A program made the position numbers and the translations under genes. Below are positions 48,963 through 57,569 of a stretch of DNA of 64,000 bases, piece after piece. The DNA comes from an uncultured delta proteobacterium (GTDB taxonomy: Bacteria > Desulfobacterota > Syntrophia > Syntrophales > UBA2185), in contig CAVSPA010000006.1 of NCBI GenBank assembly GCA_963729715.1, forward strand, positions 135,748 to 199,747. The letters run 5' to 3'. A model generated the notes under the pieces. It had not been told where the DNA came from, ran no database searches, and saw only the letters and a list, made by a program, of their open reading frames with translations. Each line of letters starts with the position of its first letter. Position 1 is the first letter of the stretch.

Positions 48963-50318
48963 ATGATGAGAAAGGTCTGTATTTTTTTGCTGTCGATTGG
49001 TCTGGTCATGGCGTTCGTCTTGCCCGTATCTGCGGCGGATGTAAAGTTCAGCGGGTCGTATGTGGCACAGGGCTACTACGACAACAACCGCGCGTTATTG
49101 CAAAATGGCGGTGCGTCCGTATCCAATGTGTGGCAGAGGCTGAGGATTCAGACAGACTTCAGGGTTCAGGAAGGCCTGATGCTGACGACTCGGTTCGATG
49201 CCCTGGAAAAGATATGGGGCGCAGCCCGTTCTACAACAGCGACTTCAGTTAGTATCGCTGGCAATGACCAGGAAAGTGAGAACATCAAGTTTGAGTATGC
49301 GTTTGCGACGTTTAATATTCCCGGCAATGTTGGCACTTTAAAAGTGGGTTACCAGCAGCAGGGCACATGGGGTACGGCATTTGGCGACACCGGCGAACAG
49401 GACTATGGAATGAGGGTCAAGTGGGATTGGGTAACCGGTTCTTTCTTCTGGGGAGCCCGTTGGGACAAGGTGGAAGGAAAGAAGGAATACAGTAGTCTCG
49501 GTCCTGCCGGCAATGTCAACGTATCCACTTATGCTGTGGACCACGACTCGGAAAAGTATTCTGTCCTCGGCGGGTACACCTGGAGCAAGGGTGATGCCGG
49601 TCTGCAAATCACATATTATATCGATACCAGCACTGCCGATAATCCTATCACCGGATATAAAGCAAGGTACATCCTGTGGTATCCGTATGCTAGGGCGACG
49701 TTCGGTCCTGTTTATGTCGAGACAGAGTGGGGTTGGTACACGGGTAAAAGACAAGAGTACCTTAATGCCGCAACCCACGTGGACCAAGATTATACAGGCT
49801 GGCGCGGTTATATCATGGCCAGTCTTGACCTTGCACCGGCCTATGTAGGCGCTTTGGCATTCTATTCGTCGGGTACTGATATAAATTCACAAAATACGTA
49901 TTCAGGTGGAGCCAAGATCGGCACCGACTTTCAGCCTTGCCTGATTCTCTGGAACTACGATCTCGGCAGGTGGAACGGCGTATTGGGTGGCCAGAATGGC
50001 GTTACAACTGCAGGTGCTTACAATTCGGACAATGTTGTGGCATGGCAGATCTTCGCCGGCGTCAAGCCCGTACCAAAACTGGATGTGAAGGCGAGCTTCA
50101 CCGGCGCCAGTCTGGACCAGAATGTAGTAAACAATCAGATATCCAAGAACATGGGCAACGAATTTGATCTCAGCGCAACCTACAAGATCTATGACAATCT
50201 GTCATACATGGTTGGCTATGCCTACCTTTGGGCAGGCGATGCCTTTATGGGCAGCAATTCCAATGCCCAACTCAGTAACGACTATCTTGTGACGCACAAG
50301 CTGACGCTTAGTTTCTAA
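48963..50318 (+). CDS. outer-membrane porin (beta-barrel)
   Basis: Signal peptide ending VSA, alternating amphipathic beta-strand pattern, C-terminal LTLSF. Confidence 0.7.
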   Translation: MMRKVCIFLLSIGLVMAFVLPVSAADVKFSGSYVAQGYYDNNRALLQNGGASVSNVWQRLRIQTDFRVQEGLMLTTRFDALEKIWGAARSTTATSVSIAGNDQESENIKFEYAFATFNIPGNVGTLKVGYQQQGTWGTAFGDTGEQDYGMRVKWDWVTGSFFWGARWDKVEGKKEYSSLGPAGNVNVSTYAVDHDSEKYSVLGGYTWSKGDAGLQITYYIDTSTADNPITGYKARYILWYPYARATFGPVYVETEWGWYTGKRQEYLNAATHVDQDYTGWRGYIMASLDLAPAYVGALAFYSSGTDINSQNTYSGGAKIGTDFQPCLILWNYDLGRWNGVLGGQNGVTTAGAYNSDNVVAWQIFAGVKPVPKLDVKASFTGASLDQNVVNNQISKNMGNEFDLSATYKIYDNLSYMVGYAYLWAGDAFMGSNSNAQLSNDYLVTHKLTLSF

Positions 50319-50349
50319 TCTAGCTGCATAAGTTCCATTACACTGAAAA

Positions 50350-50383
50350 GAGCCCCGGTTTACTGACGGGGCTCTCTGTTGTT
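50350..50383 (+). terminator. rho-independent terminator after the porin gene
   Basis: GAGCCCCG-GTTTACTGA-CGGGGCTC followed by TCTGTTGTT. Confidence 0.6.
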
Positions 50384-50416
50384 ACCTGAGATTCTTCTAT
50401 CTTTTGCTGTTGGCTT

Positions 50417-50531
50417 AATTCGGTAGCGAGCACAAACACCCTCGGCTGCTGTGGGGTAAGCGAGCAAATACCGAACGACATCTTTCCTTAAGAATCGAAG
50501 ATTCTCCGCGGCAAACCGCGGTGAGCTTCAA
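50417..50531. repeat. ~115-bp hairpin-rich intergenic repeat (copy A)
   Basis: ~80% identical over its length to 60321-60436, sharing AATTC.GTAGCGAGC ... GGGGTAAGCGAGC ... GAACGA ... TTCCTTAAGAATCGAAGATTCTCCGC ... GAGCTTCAA. Contains several hairpins (GAATC-gaa-GATTC; CCGCGG-caaa-CCGCGG). Confidence 0.7.
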
Positions 50532-50534
50532 TTA

Positions 50535-51075
50535 GTGTCCCTTTCGGGGATGGTGGAAACCCCTCGCCTTTAGGCGAAGAAAAGTTTATATACTGTCGTT
50601 ATGCGACGTTATCAACTAGGAGCACATAGAACGAGTGACCTCAAGGTTCACTTAATCTGGATACCGAAATACCGTAAAAAAGTATTGGTAGGGCCAGTGG
50701 CGGTTCGCGCGCGAGATGTCTTGCGCCAAATTGCCTTGGAACATGAACTTGATATAATTACCGGCAAAGTAGCGAGCGATCATGTTCATATGTTCATTTC
50801 ATATAGACCGAGCCATGATGTTAGCAAAACCGTTCAATGGTTAAAAGGGATAAGCTCGCGAATTTTGCTATCTGAATTTTCCCATTTAAAAAAGCAATTT
50901 TGGGGCAGACATCTCTGGGCGCGAGGGTATCTGGCCGTAAGTTCCGGCAACATAACGGATGAAATGATCCAGCACTATATTCAAGAGCAAGAAGTGGAGC
51001 CGGTGACTGATGGCAGTCGATTTGAAATCGCCCCCTCTTAAACCCCTCGACTTATAGTCGAGGGTAATTCAGTTT
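50535..51075 (+). mobile_element. IS200/IS605-family insertion sequence (tnpA only; ends approximate)
   Basis: Y1-transposase gene flanked by small hairpins: TCCC-tttc-GGGA and CGCC-ttta-GGCG on the left, CCCTCGAC-ttata-GTCGAGGG on the right. It abuts repeat copy A. Confidence 0.6.
50601..51041 (+). CDS. tnpA: IS200/IS605-family transposase TnpA (HUH Y1)
   Basis: 146 aa: ...HLIWIPKYRKKVL...HVHMFISYRP...VQWLKGISSRILLSEF..LKKQFWGRHLWARGYLAVSSG.ITDEMIQHYIQEQ. Confidence 0.9.
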   Translation: MRRYQLGAHRTSDLKVHLIWIPKYRKKVLVGPVAVRARDVLRQIALEHELDIITGKVASDHVHMFISYRPSHDVSKTVQWLKGISSRILLSEFSHLKKQFWGRHLWARGYLAVSSGNITDEMIQHYIQEQEVEPVTDGSRFEIAPS

Positions 51076-51112
51076 TACGTATGATGCTCAATTTTTTTAT
51101 CACGGGGGAGCT

Positions 51113-52030
51113 ATGTCAGAGGAGGTGATGAACACCAAGGAGGTGGCCCGCCACCTCGATATTCATGAGAAACAGGTGTACATCCTGATTAAGTCCGGAA
51201 GGATTCCCGCTACCAAGGTCACGGGGAAGTGGATCTTCCCCAAGAAATTAATTGATGAATGGATTGAAACGAATGCGAAGCAGGGGCTCAAAGAAGCAAG
51301 ACAGAAGAGCAGGCAGATAGAAGGGGGACTCCTTGCATCGGGAAGCAACGATCCTATCCTCGACATGCTGCAAACTTATATAAAAAAGCGTCACCCCGAT
51401 TTCTATATCTTTTCTGCAAATACAGGGAGCACAGAAGGACTCAAGGCCCTCAATAAGGGTCTTACCGATATCGCCTGGTCACACTTGCTTGATGCAAAAA
51501 GCGGCCAGTACAATATTCCTTATCTGTCTACCTACCTGCCTGATATAAAAGCTGTAGTGGTAAATTTCTTCCAAAGGGAATTGGGATTGATCGTGGCTCA
51601 TGGCAATCCTTTGCATATTAGCGGCTTCGCCGATCTCGCGGAAAAAGGGGTGAAGATTGTGAACCGGCAGAAGGGTTCCGGAACACGGGTCCTTCTTGAT
51701 TACCATATGGACAACTTAGGCATTCCGACCCGTGATATCTCCGGCTATGATACGGAGGTCTTTACGCATTTCGAAGTGGGACTTGCTGTTCTGTCAAAGG
51801 AAGCGGACATAGGCGTAGCCACGGCTGCAGTGGCTAAACTCCTCGGTCTTTCTTTCGTTCCCGTCACGCGCGAGAACTTCGATATGATCCTTGATCAGTC
51901 AACCTTTTTCACCAAAGGGGTTCAAGCCCTCATCGAAGTTCTCAAGTCGAGTGATTTTAGGAAGCGTGTTGAAAAACTTGGCGGGTACGATTTTAAAGAT
52001 TCAGGAAAGGTTCTGTATTCGACGACATGA
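51113..52030 (+). CDS. TunR-like regulator: excisionase-type HTH fused to a periplasmic-binding-protein-like domain
   Basis: MNTKEVARHLDIHEKQVYILIKSGRIPATKVTGKWIFPKKLIDEWI followed by a PBP-like domain. Immediately upstream of the tungstate transporter genes. Confidence 0.65.
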   Translation: MSEEVMNTKEVARHLDIHEKQVYILIKSGRIPATKVTGKWIFPKKLIDEWIETNAKQGLKEARQKSRQIEGGLLASGSNDPILDMLQTYIKKRHPDFYIFSANTGSTEGLKALNKGLTDIAWSHLLDAKSGQYNIPYLSTYLPDIKAVVVNFFQRELGLIVAHGNPLHISGFADLAEKGVKIVNRQKGSGTRVLLDYHMDNLGIPTRDISGYDTEVFTHFEVGLAVLSKEADIGVATAAVAKLLGLSFVPVTRENFDMILDQSTFFTKGVQALIEVLKSSDFRKRVEKLGGYDFKDSGKVLYSTT

Positions 52031-52049
52031 TTGAAAGAGAAACCTATCC

Positions 52050-52922
52050 ATGAAGAAAGAATTTCAAATGACAAAATGGTTGTGCGGCTTCTTGTTCTTG
52101 CTGGCCGTGGTCTTTCCGGGGTCATCCATAGCGCAAACCGGGAAGTTCATCCTTCTGGCCAGTACGATCGGTCCCATTGATGCGGGTATTGTGGGTCTCC
52201 TGGAGGATCAATTCGAGAAGGAGACGGGAATCCGCGTGCGGCATGTGGGTGTGGGCACAGGGGCGGCCCTGAAGATTGCGGAGCAGGGGAATGTCGATCT
52301 GGTCTTGGTGCATGCAAAATCACTCGAAGAGAAATTCATCAGGGATGGTTTCGGAACAGAGAGAATTCCCCTGATGTACAACGATTTCGTCATTGTCGGT
52401 CCTGCAAATGACCCGGCAGGCATCAAGGGCTTGAGCGTCGCGACGGAGGCCCTTAGAAAAATTTCTGAGACAGACGCTACATTCATAAGCCGCGGAGACA
52501 AATCGGGTACCCATGTGGCGGAAATGGAGCTCTGGGCAAAAGCGGGGATCAAGCCCTCCGGCGCTTGGTACAAGATCTACGAGAGGGGAGCAGAGGGAAA
52601 TGTCGCGACGCTCCGCTACACGGACCAGCAGCAGGCTTATACGGTGATGGACAGAGCGACCTATCTATCGATAAAGAATCAAATCAAACTTGTCATTCTC
52701 GTCGAAAGGGATGAGGCGCTGTTGAATTATATTTCCCTCATACCGGTTAATGCGAAAAAATCTCCCAGGGTGAATGAGAAAGACGTCCAAACCTTTATCG
52801 CATGGCTCACCTCTCCGGAAAAAGGTCAGAAGATCATCCGTGATTTCGGCAAGGACAAGGTCGGAGCCCCTTTGTTTTTCCCGAATTCAAAAGAGTGGGT
52901 GAAAGCGCAGGGGAAGAAATAG
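52050..52922 (+). CDS. TupA/WtpA-like oxyanion ABC substrate-binding protein, divergent first copy
   Basis: Signal peptide. Aligns along its length with the next gene but has LLASTIGPIDAG where TupA has TTTSTxDSG. Confidence 0.7.
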   Translation: MKKEFQMTKWLCGFLFLLAVVFPGSSIAQTGKFILLASTIGPIDAGIVGLLEDQFEKETGIRVRHVGVGTGAALKIAEQGNVDLVLVHAKSLEEKFIRDGFGTERIPLMYNDFVIVGPANDPAGIKGLSVATEALRKISETDATFISRGDKSGTHVAEMELWAKAGIKPSGAWYKIYERGAEGNVATLRYTDQQQAYTVMDRATYLSIKNQIKLVILVERDEALLNYISLIPVNAKKSPRVNEKDVQTFIAWLTSPEKGQKIIRDFGKDKVGAPLFFPNSKEWVKAQGKK

Positions 52923-52966
52923 CTGCAAAATTCATATCAAGATAACGCCCTTTATCAGGAGGTAAA

Positions 52967-53836
52967 ATGATGAAAAGACTTAATCGTACTTGCTCGATCG
53001 CACTGATCATATCCGTCATGTCCGTCCTATTCTGCGTGCTACCCGCAATTGCCGCGCCGCCTCAGCAGAAAAATATTATTCTTGCAACGACCACGAGCAC
53101 ACAGGACTCTGGTCTTCTTGATGTCCTCTTGCCTGTCTTTGAAAAGACAACGGGCTATTTTGTTAAGACGATCGCCGTAGGTTCCGGCCAGGCCATGGCC
53201 ATGGGCCAAAAGGGAGAGGCGGATGTGCTCTTAGTCCATTCACCGGATGCGGAGAAGAAGTTCATGGCGGGAGGTTATGGCATCAATAGAAGGCTCGTTA
53301 TGCATAATGATTTTATTATTGTGGGACCGAAGACAGACCGGGCGGGAATCAAGGGATTAAGGTCTTCTCTTGAGGCCTTCAGGAAGATTGCTTCCACAAA
53401 TGCCGTTTTTATGTCGCGAGGAGATAACTCGGGAACCGATGCCAAAGAGAAGTCCATATGGAAGGCTGCCGGGATAAATCCGGAGGGACAAAAGTGGTAC
53501 CAGCAGACAGGCCTCGGGATGGGACAGACACTGAATGTCGCTGCCGAGAAAAAAACGTATACCCTTGCCGACCGGGGAACATATCTGGCTTTGAAGAAAA
53601 ATCTCGGCCTCGATATCCTGGCGGAAGGGGATGCCGTCCTTCTCAATATCTACCATGTCATCGATGTTAATCCTGCCAAGTGGCCCAAGGTGAATAGTGG
53701 CGGTGCGAAGGCGTTTGCCAACTTCATGGTGTCCAGGCAGGCTCAGGACATTATCAAAAAATTCGGCGTGGAGAAATACGGCTCGCCGTTGTTCTTCCCC
53801 GATGCTGGAAAAAAGGAAGAAGCGCTTGGCAAATGA
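52967..53836 (+). CDS. tupA: tungstate ABC transporter substrate-binding protein TupA
   Basis: Signal peptide. ILATTTSTQDSGLLDVLLPVFEKTTGYFVKTIAVGSGQAMAMGQKGEADVLLVHSPDAE, including the TTTST motif. Confidence 0.8.
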   Translation: MMKRLNRTCSIALIISVMSVLFCVLPAIAAPPQQKNIILATTTSTQDSGLLDVLLPVFEKTTGYFVKTIAVGSGQAMAMGQKGEADVLLVHSPDAEKKFMAGGYGINRRLVMHNDFIIVGPKTDRAGIKGLRSSLEAFRKIASTNAVFMSRGDNSGTDAKEKSIWKAAGINPEGQKWYQQTGLGMGQTLNVAAEKKTYTLADRGTYLALKKNLGLDILAEGDAVLLNIYHVIDVNPAKWPKVNSGGAKAFANFMVSRQAQDIIKKFGVEKYGSPLFFPDAGKKEEALGK

Positions 53837-53881
53837 TAATGCATTTTTCATGACGTGAGTCTTCTCTATAGGCAATAGTTC

Positions 53882-54580
53882 ATGGACATAATTATCGAAG
53901 GAATAAAGCAGGCCTTTATTCTTCTCTTCACTCTCGATCCTGAAGTCATAGGCATCACCTGGCTTTCCCTCAAGGTGTCCGGGATAGCGACGTTTATCAG
54001 TCTGCTAATCGGGGTGTCCGTGGGAACCTTAGTTGCCCTGACGCAATTCCCCGGGCGCAGGATCGTCGTCAGCCTGATCAATACAGGAATGGGACTGCCT
54101 CCGGTGGTGGTGGGTCTCTTTGTTAGTATTTTCCTCTGGCGGAACGGTCCCCTCGGTTTTCTGGAGATTCTTTACACGCCAACAGCCATCATCATTGCAC
54201 AGGCCATTATTGCCACACCCATAGTCATGGGCATCAGCCTCGCTGCCATACAGCAGCTTCCCGCAAATCTCAGATTGCAGATCCTGGCCCTTGGTGCTAC
54301 CCGCCTTCAGATGGTGTGGATTCTCGTCAAGGAGGCGCGGCTGCCGCTCCTGGCGGCCATCATGGCGGGGTTCGGCGGTGTTATCTCCGAAGTAGGGGCG
54401 TCCATAATGGTCGGTGGAAATATCAAAGGATACACACGCGTCCTGACGACGGCAACGGTAATGGAAACGAGCAAAGGCAATTTCGATATCGCCATGGCCC
54501 TCAGTATTATTCTGCTGCTTCTCGCCTTCTTCATCAATGCCGTCCTGACACATGTCCAGCAGAGAGAAAGGCCGCGATGA
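53882..54580 (+). CDS. tupB: tungstate ABC transporter permease TupB
   Basis: Five or six TM segments and an ABC permease EAA-like loop (...ALGATRLQMVWILVKEARLPLLAAIMAGFGGVISEVGAS). Confidence 0.8.
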   Translation: MDIIIEGIKQAFILLFTLDPEVIGITWLSLKVSGIATFISLLIGVSVGTLVALTQFPGRRIVVSLINTGMGLPPVVVGLFVSIFLWRNGPLGFLEILYTPTAIIIAQAIIATPIVMGISLAAIQQLPANLRLQILALGATRLQMVWILVKEARLPLLAAIMAGFGGVISEVGASIMVGGNIKGYTRVLTTATVMETSKGNFDIAMALSIILLLLAFFINAVLTHVQQRERPR

Positions 54581-55692
54581 ACTCTGAGAAATATATACTC
54601 GAGGCGAAAAATCTCCAAGTCAAAAGGGGCGGAGTATCTGTTCTGGACATCTCCTATCTCGGCGTCCCGGAGGGCAAAGTCCTTTGCCTAATCGGGCCGA
54701 ACGGCGCAGGAAAGTCATCGTTGCTTTTGGCATTGTCGTGTCTCTTGAAATCGTCTCAGGGTGAGATTATCTTCAGAGGGAAAAGGATAGGATCAAATTA
54801 TTCTGTATTCGATTATCGAAGGCATCTTGCCATGGTATTTCAGGAACCCCTTCTGTTTGATACGACGGTTTTTGAAAATGTGGCAGCGGGTTTGAAAATT
54901 CGCAGCGTGACGCAGGAGGAAGTGAAACGCGTCGTGGAGGAATACCTGGAACGTTTCGGCATTGGCCATCTTGCCAAGCGTTCCGCCCGGAAGCTCTCCG
55001 GCGGGGAAGCGCAGCGGACGAGCCTTGCGCGGGCCTTTGCCATAAGGCCTGAAATCATTCTCCTTGACGAGCCTTTTTCGTCCCTCGACCCGCCGACCCG
55101 TGAATCCCTGATGGGAGACCTGGAGCTGATTCTTCGTGAGACAAGGACAACAGGTATAATGGCAACCCATGACCAGATGGAAGCCCTGAGGCTGTCGGAT
55201 CAGATCGCTGTGATGAGTGAGGGAAGGATTATGCAGATAGGGCCTCCCGCGGAACTCATGAACCATCCCGCGGATGAATTCGTTGCTTCTTTTGTCGGGA
55301 CGGAGACGATTCTGACGGGGAAAGTTATAAGAAGGAATGCAGGAACCTTTTCAGTTTCCGTTGCAAGCAGGGAGATTGAAGCTGTGGGCGATGCAAGCCT
55401 CGGGGAGTCTGTAATTCTCTGCATCCGCCCGGAGAATGTTACTGTGTTGACGGGTGCCTCGAAGGAAATTACCAGCGCCCGAAATGTATTCTCGAGTGTG
55501 GTAAAGAGGATTATCCCCTCCGGCGCCTTCTATAAAGTAGAGCTTGATTGTGGTTTTCCCCTGATTACCTACGTGACAAATAATGCCCGCGAAGACCTGT
55601 CTATGCACGAGGGCATGGATCTTACGGCGTCCTTCAAGGCGACAGCCATTCACGTCATAAGAAAAAAATTATTGCCAAGCTCAGGCGAGTGA
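54577..55692 (+). CDS. tupC: tungstate ABC transporter ATP-binding protein TupC with C-terminal TOBE domain
   Basis: ATGA overlap with tupB. Walker A GPNGAGKSS, signature LSGGEAQR, Walker B ILLDEPFSSLD, C-terminal Mop/TOBE. The track start at 54316 is inside tupB. Confidence 0.85.
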   Translation: MNSEKYILEAKNLQVKRGGVSVLDISYLGVPEGKVLCLIGPNGAGKSSLLLALSCLLKSSQGEIIFRGKRIGSNYSVFDYRRHLAMVFQEPLLFDTTVFENVAAGLKIRSVTQEEVKRVVEEYLERFGIGHLAKRSARKLSGGEAQRTSLARAFAIRPEIILLDEPFSSLDPPTRESLMGDLELILRETRTTGIMATHDQMEALRLSDQIAVMSEGRIMQIGPPAELMNHPADEFVASFVGTETILTGKVIRRNAGTFSVSVASREIEAVGDASLGESVILCIRPENVTVLTGASKEITSARNVFSSVVKRIIPSGAFYKVELDCGFPLITYVTNNAREDLSMHEGMDLTASFKATAIHVIRKKLLPSSGE

Positions 55693-55729
55693 TGCAGGAC
55701 GTAAGCCGCATATGCGAAAGAAGGCTATC

Positions 55730-56298
55730 ATGGAATTCCGTGAACTCTTGAAGAATAGAAGGTCCATTCGTGATTATGAGGAGAAAGAGGTTTCACTGGT
55801 TACAGTCGCGGACATCATCAGAAGAGAATCATGTCTCGCCCCGAGTTCGGGCAATGGTCAGTCCTGGCAGTTTGTCGTTATCAACCGGAAGGAGACCATG
55901 AAAAGGCTATCTGATGAGAGCAAGAAAACCCTCCTTTCTGATATTGCCCAAAATCCCGACTCTCCCGCGAAGAAGTACGAAGATATTTTGCGAAACGAAG
56001 AATTTAACGTCTTCTACAATGCCCATGCCTGGTTTACATCATCGGTCCCCGTGACTACCTGTCGCTCGATGTGAACTGCTCCCTCTTTGCCTGCTACTTC
56101 ATACTCACTGCCGCAGCGCGTGGTTTGCGAACCTGCTGGATAGGTCTTGCAACAAACGTGAGGAGTCCAGAACTCATGCGGGAAATAGGCATACCTAAGG
56201 GCTGCAGGATAGTGGCTCCCATCATCATCGGCTACCCAAAGAGCATACCGGAGCCTTCCGACAGAAATGCGCCCCGGATACTGAAAGTCGTCTCCTGA
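55730..56298 (+). pseudogene. nitroreductase-family protein with a -1 frameshift near 56030
   Basis: MEFRELLKNRRSIRDYEEKEV...FYNA| then, in another frame, LVYIIGPRDYLSLDVNCSLFACYFILTAAARGLRTCWIGLA.... The two parts join to a canonical nitroreductase if one base is restored. No homopolymer at the site. Confidence 0.65.
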
Positions 56299-56406
56299 TA
56301 CCTTCACGGGCAGATAGTTGTGACTGAAGGCCGAGGGTCTATCATCCGTGCGCGGTCTATCCGCCGAGGAGGACCTTCCGTGCCTCGGCATCCGATGTGC
56401 CGGGAA

Positions 56407-56601
56407 TTATTCTTTTGTCTTGACCTTGATAAGGATGCTTCTGCAGCATTCAGCGTTCTTGATCTCGAAACGGTCAGGTCTTTCCACAATCTGATACTGG
56501 CCGTTCGATTCAACCTCCAGGCTGTCCTTCGTCAAGCCGCCGTCCTTGGGGATGAACATCGTTCGACCGATGGGAACCACACCTTCCTTTAATACTGCCA
56601 T
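56407..56601 (-). CDS. small hypothetical protein (64 aa)
   Basis: AGGAG 6 nt upstream of the ATG. No family recognised. Confidence 0.4.
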   Translation of the reverse strand: MAVLKEGVVPIGRTMFIPKDGGLTKDSLEVESNGQYQIVERPDRFEIKNAECCRSILIKVKTKE

Positions 56602-56673
56602 AATAAACTCCTAAATAAAAATTCTAAATTAAAGTTCAAATGCTGATTCAAACAAACGTGGGTTATACATCAA

Positions 56674-57162
56674 CTATTTCAACCGTTCTTTGGATAGCAC
56701 GACGTCATCGATCCAGACGGTTCCTTTTCCATTGATGACAAGGTTCAAGGTGACTCTCTCAGGCTTCTGGCCCTTCTGAACCATGAACGGAGTCTGGATC
56801 GTTTTCCAGTTTGTCTTCTGGCTCACGGCATCATTCATCCCTCTGGAGAAAAACTGCCCGCCTGCAACATTTACCCACATCTCCAAAAATGCGGCGCCAT
56901 CAAGATCAGTCTTCACCTTGGCCTTGTATACGAGCGTCGCACCCTCCACGCCAAGACCGGTAACCTGCCCCATGCAGATTGTCGTCGGCCATTGGGTTGT
57001 GATCTTGATCGAAGCCCTGCCTTCAACCTTCACTTTGTTATCCGTCTGGATGGTCGTTCCGAGGGCAGACGCGTCGTCGAGACTCAACTTCTTTAAGTCT
57101 TGGGATCAAGCCGGGCCGGCTACTAATGCCAGCATAATTAAGACCAACAGAGTTCGTCTCAT
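56674..57162 (-). CDS. secreted hypothetical protein whose signal peptide and mature domain are separated by an in-frame TGA
   Basis: Minus-strand manual translation from ATG (forward 57160-57162): MRRTLLVLIMLALVAGPA[TGA]SQDLKKLSLDDASALGTTIQ... It continues in frame into track ORF 56674-57087. The TGA is forward 57106-57108. GGAAGGAG RBS upstream of the ATG. Confidence 0.4.
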
Positions 57163-57421
57163 CTTATCTCCTTCCGCATAACGATTAATATACCAACTTG
57201 GCTTTGATAAACAATTTATCAGATATTCAACTTATTTCAATAATAATTGAAAAGCAAATATTAATGGAAATCAACATGGTATGGACGTTCTACTGCTTGT
57301 ATATTGTGTCAACAGGAATAGAAAAACAAGCTGGTAATACGTGTATATACTGTCAATTGCTCATTCCTGAAAATAATGTTTGTTTCCCTTAAACGCACTT
57401 TATTAAATAACGAATTAATGT

Positions 57422-57451
57422 TTGACATCGGGGTCTTTCTTTACCTATAAT
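57422..57451 (+). promoter_or_regulatory. near-consensus sigma70 promoter TTGACA-N18-TATAAT
   Basis: Read directly from the sequence. It is followed by a ~110-nt GC-rich leader with CCCCTC...GAGGG pairing before the GpsA-like gene. Confidence 0.5.
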
Positions 57452-57569
57452 CACAATTCCGGATCGGATGGCATCATACAGCGCCCCTCAATTCCTCACG
57501 GAGAGGGTTAGAGGTCAGGGCTGCTCAATCGCTAAGTAAAATGAAGATAAGGCTCAAAGATCATCCATC

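Noticed and set aside
54316-54576. Extended TupC N-terminus from the track ORF
   Set aside because: Lies inside tupB in another frame. The ATGA-coupled ATG at 54577 precedes the conserved ABC N-terminus.
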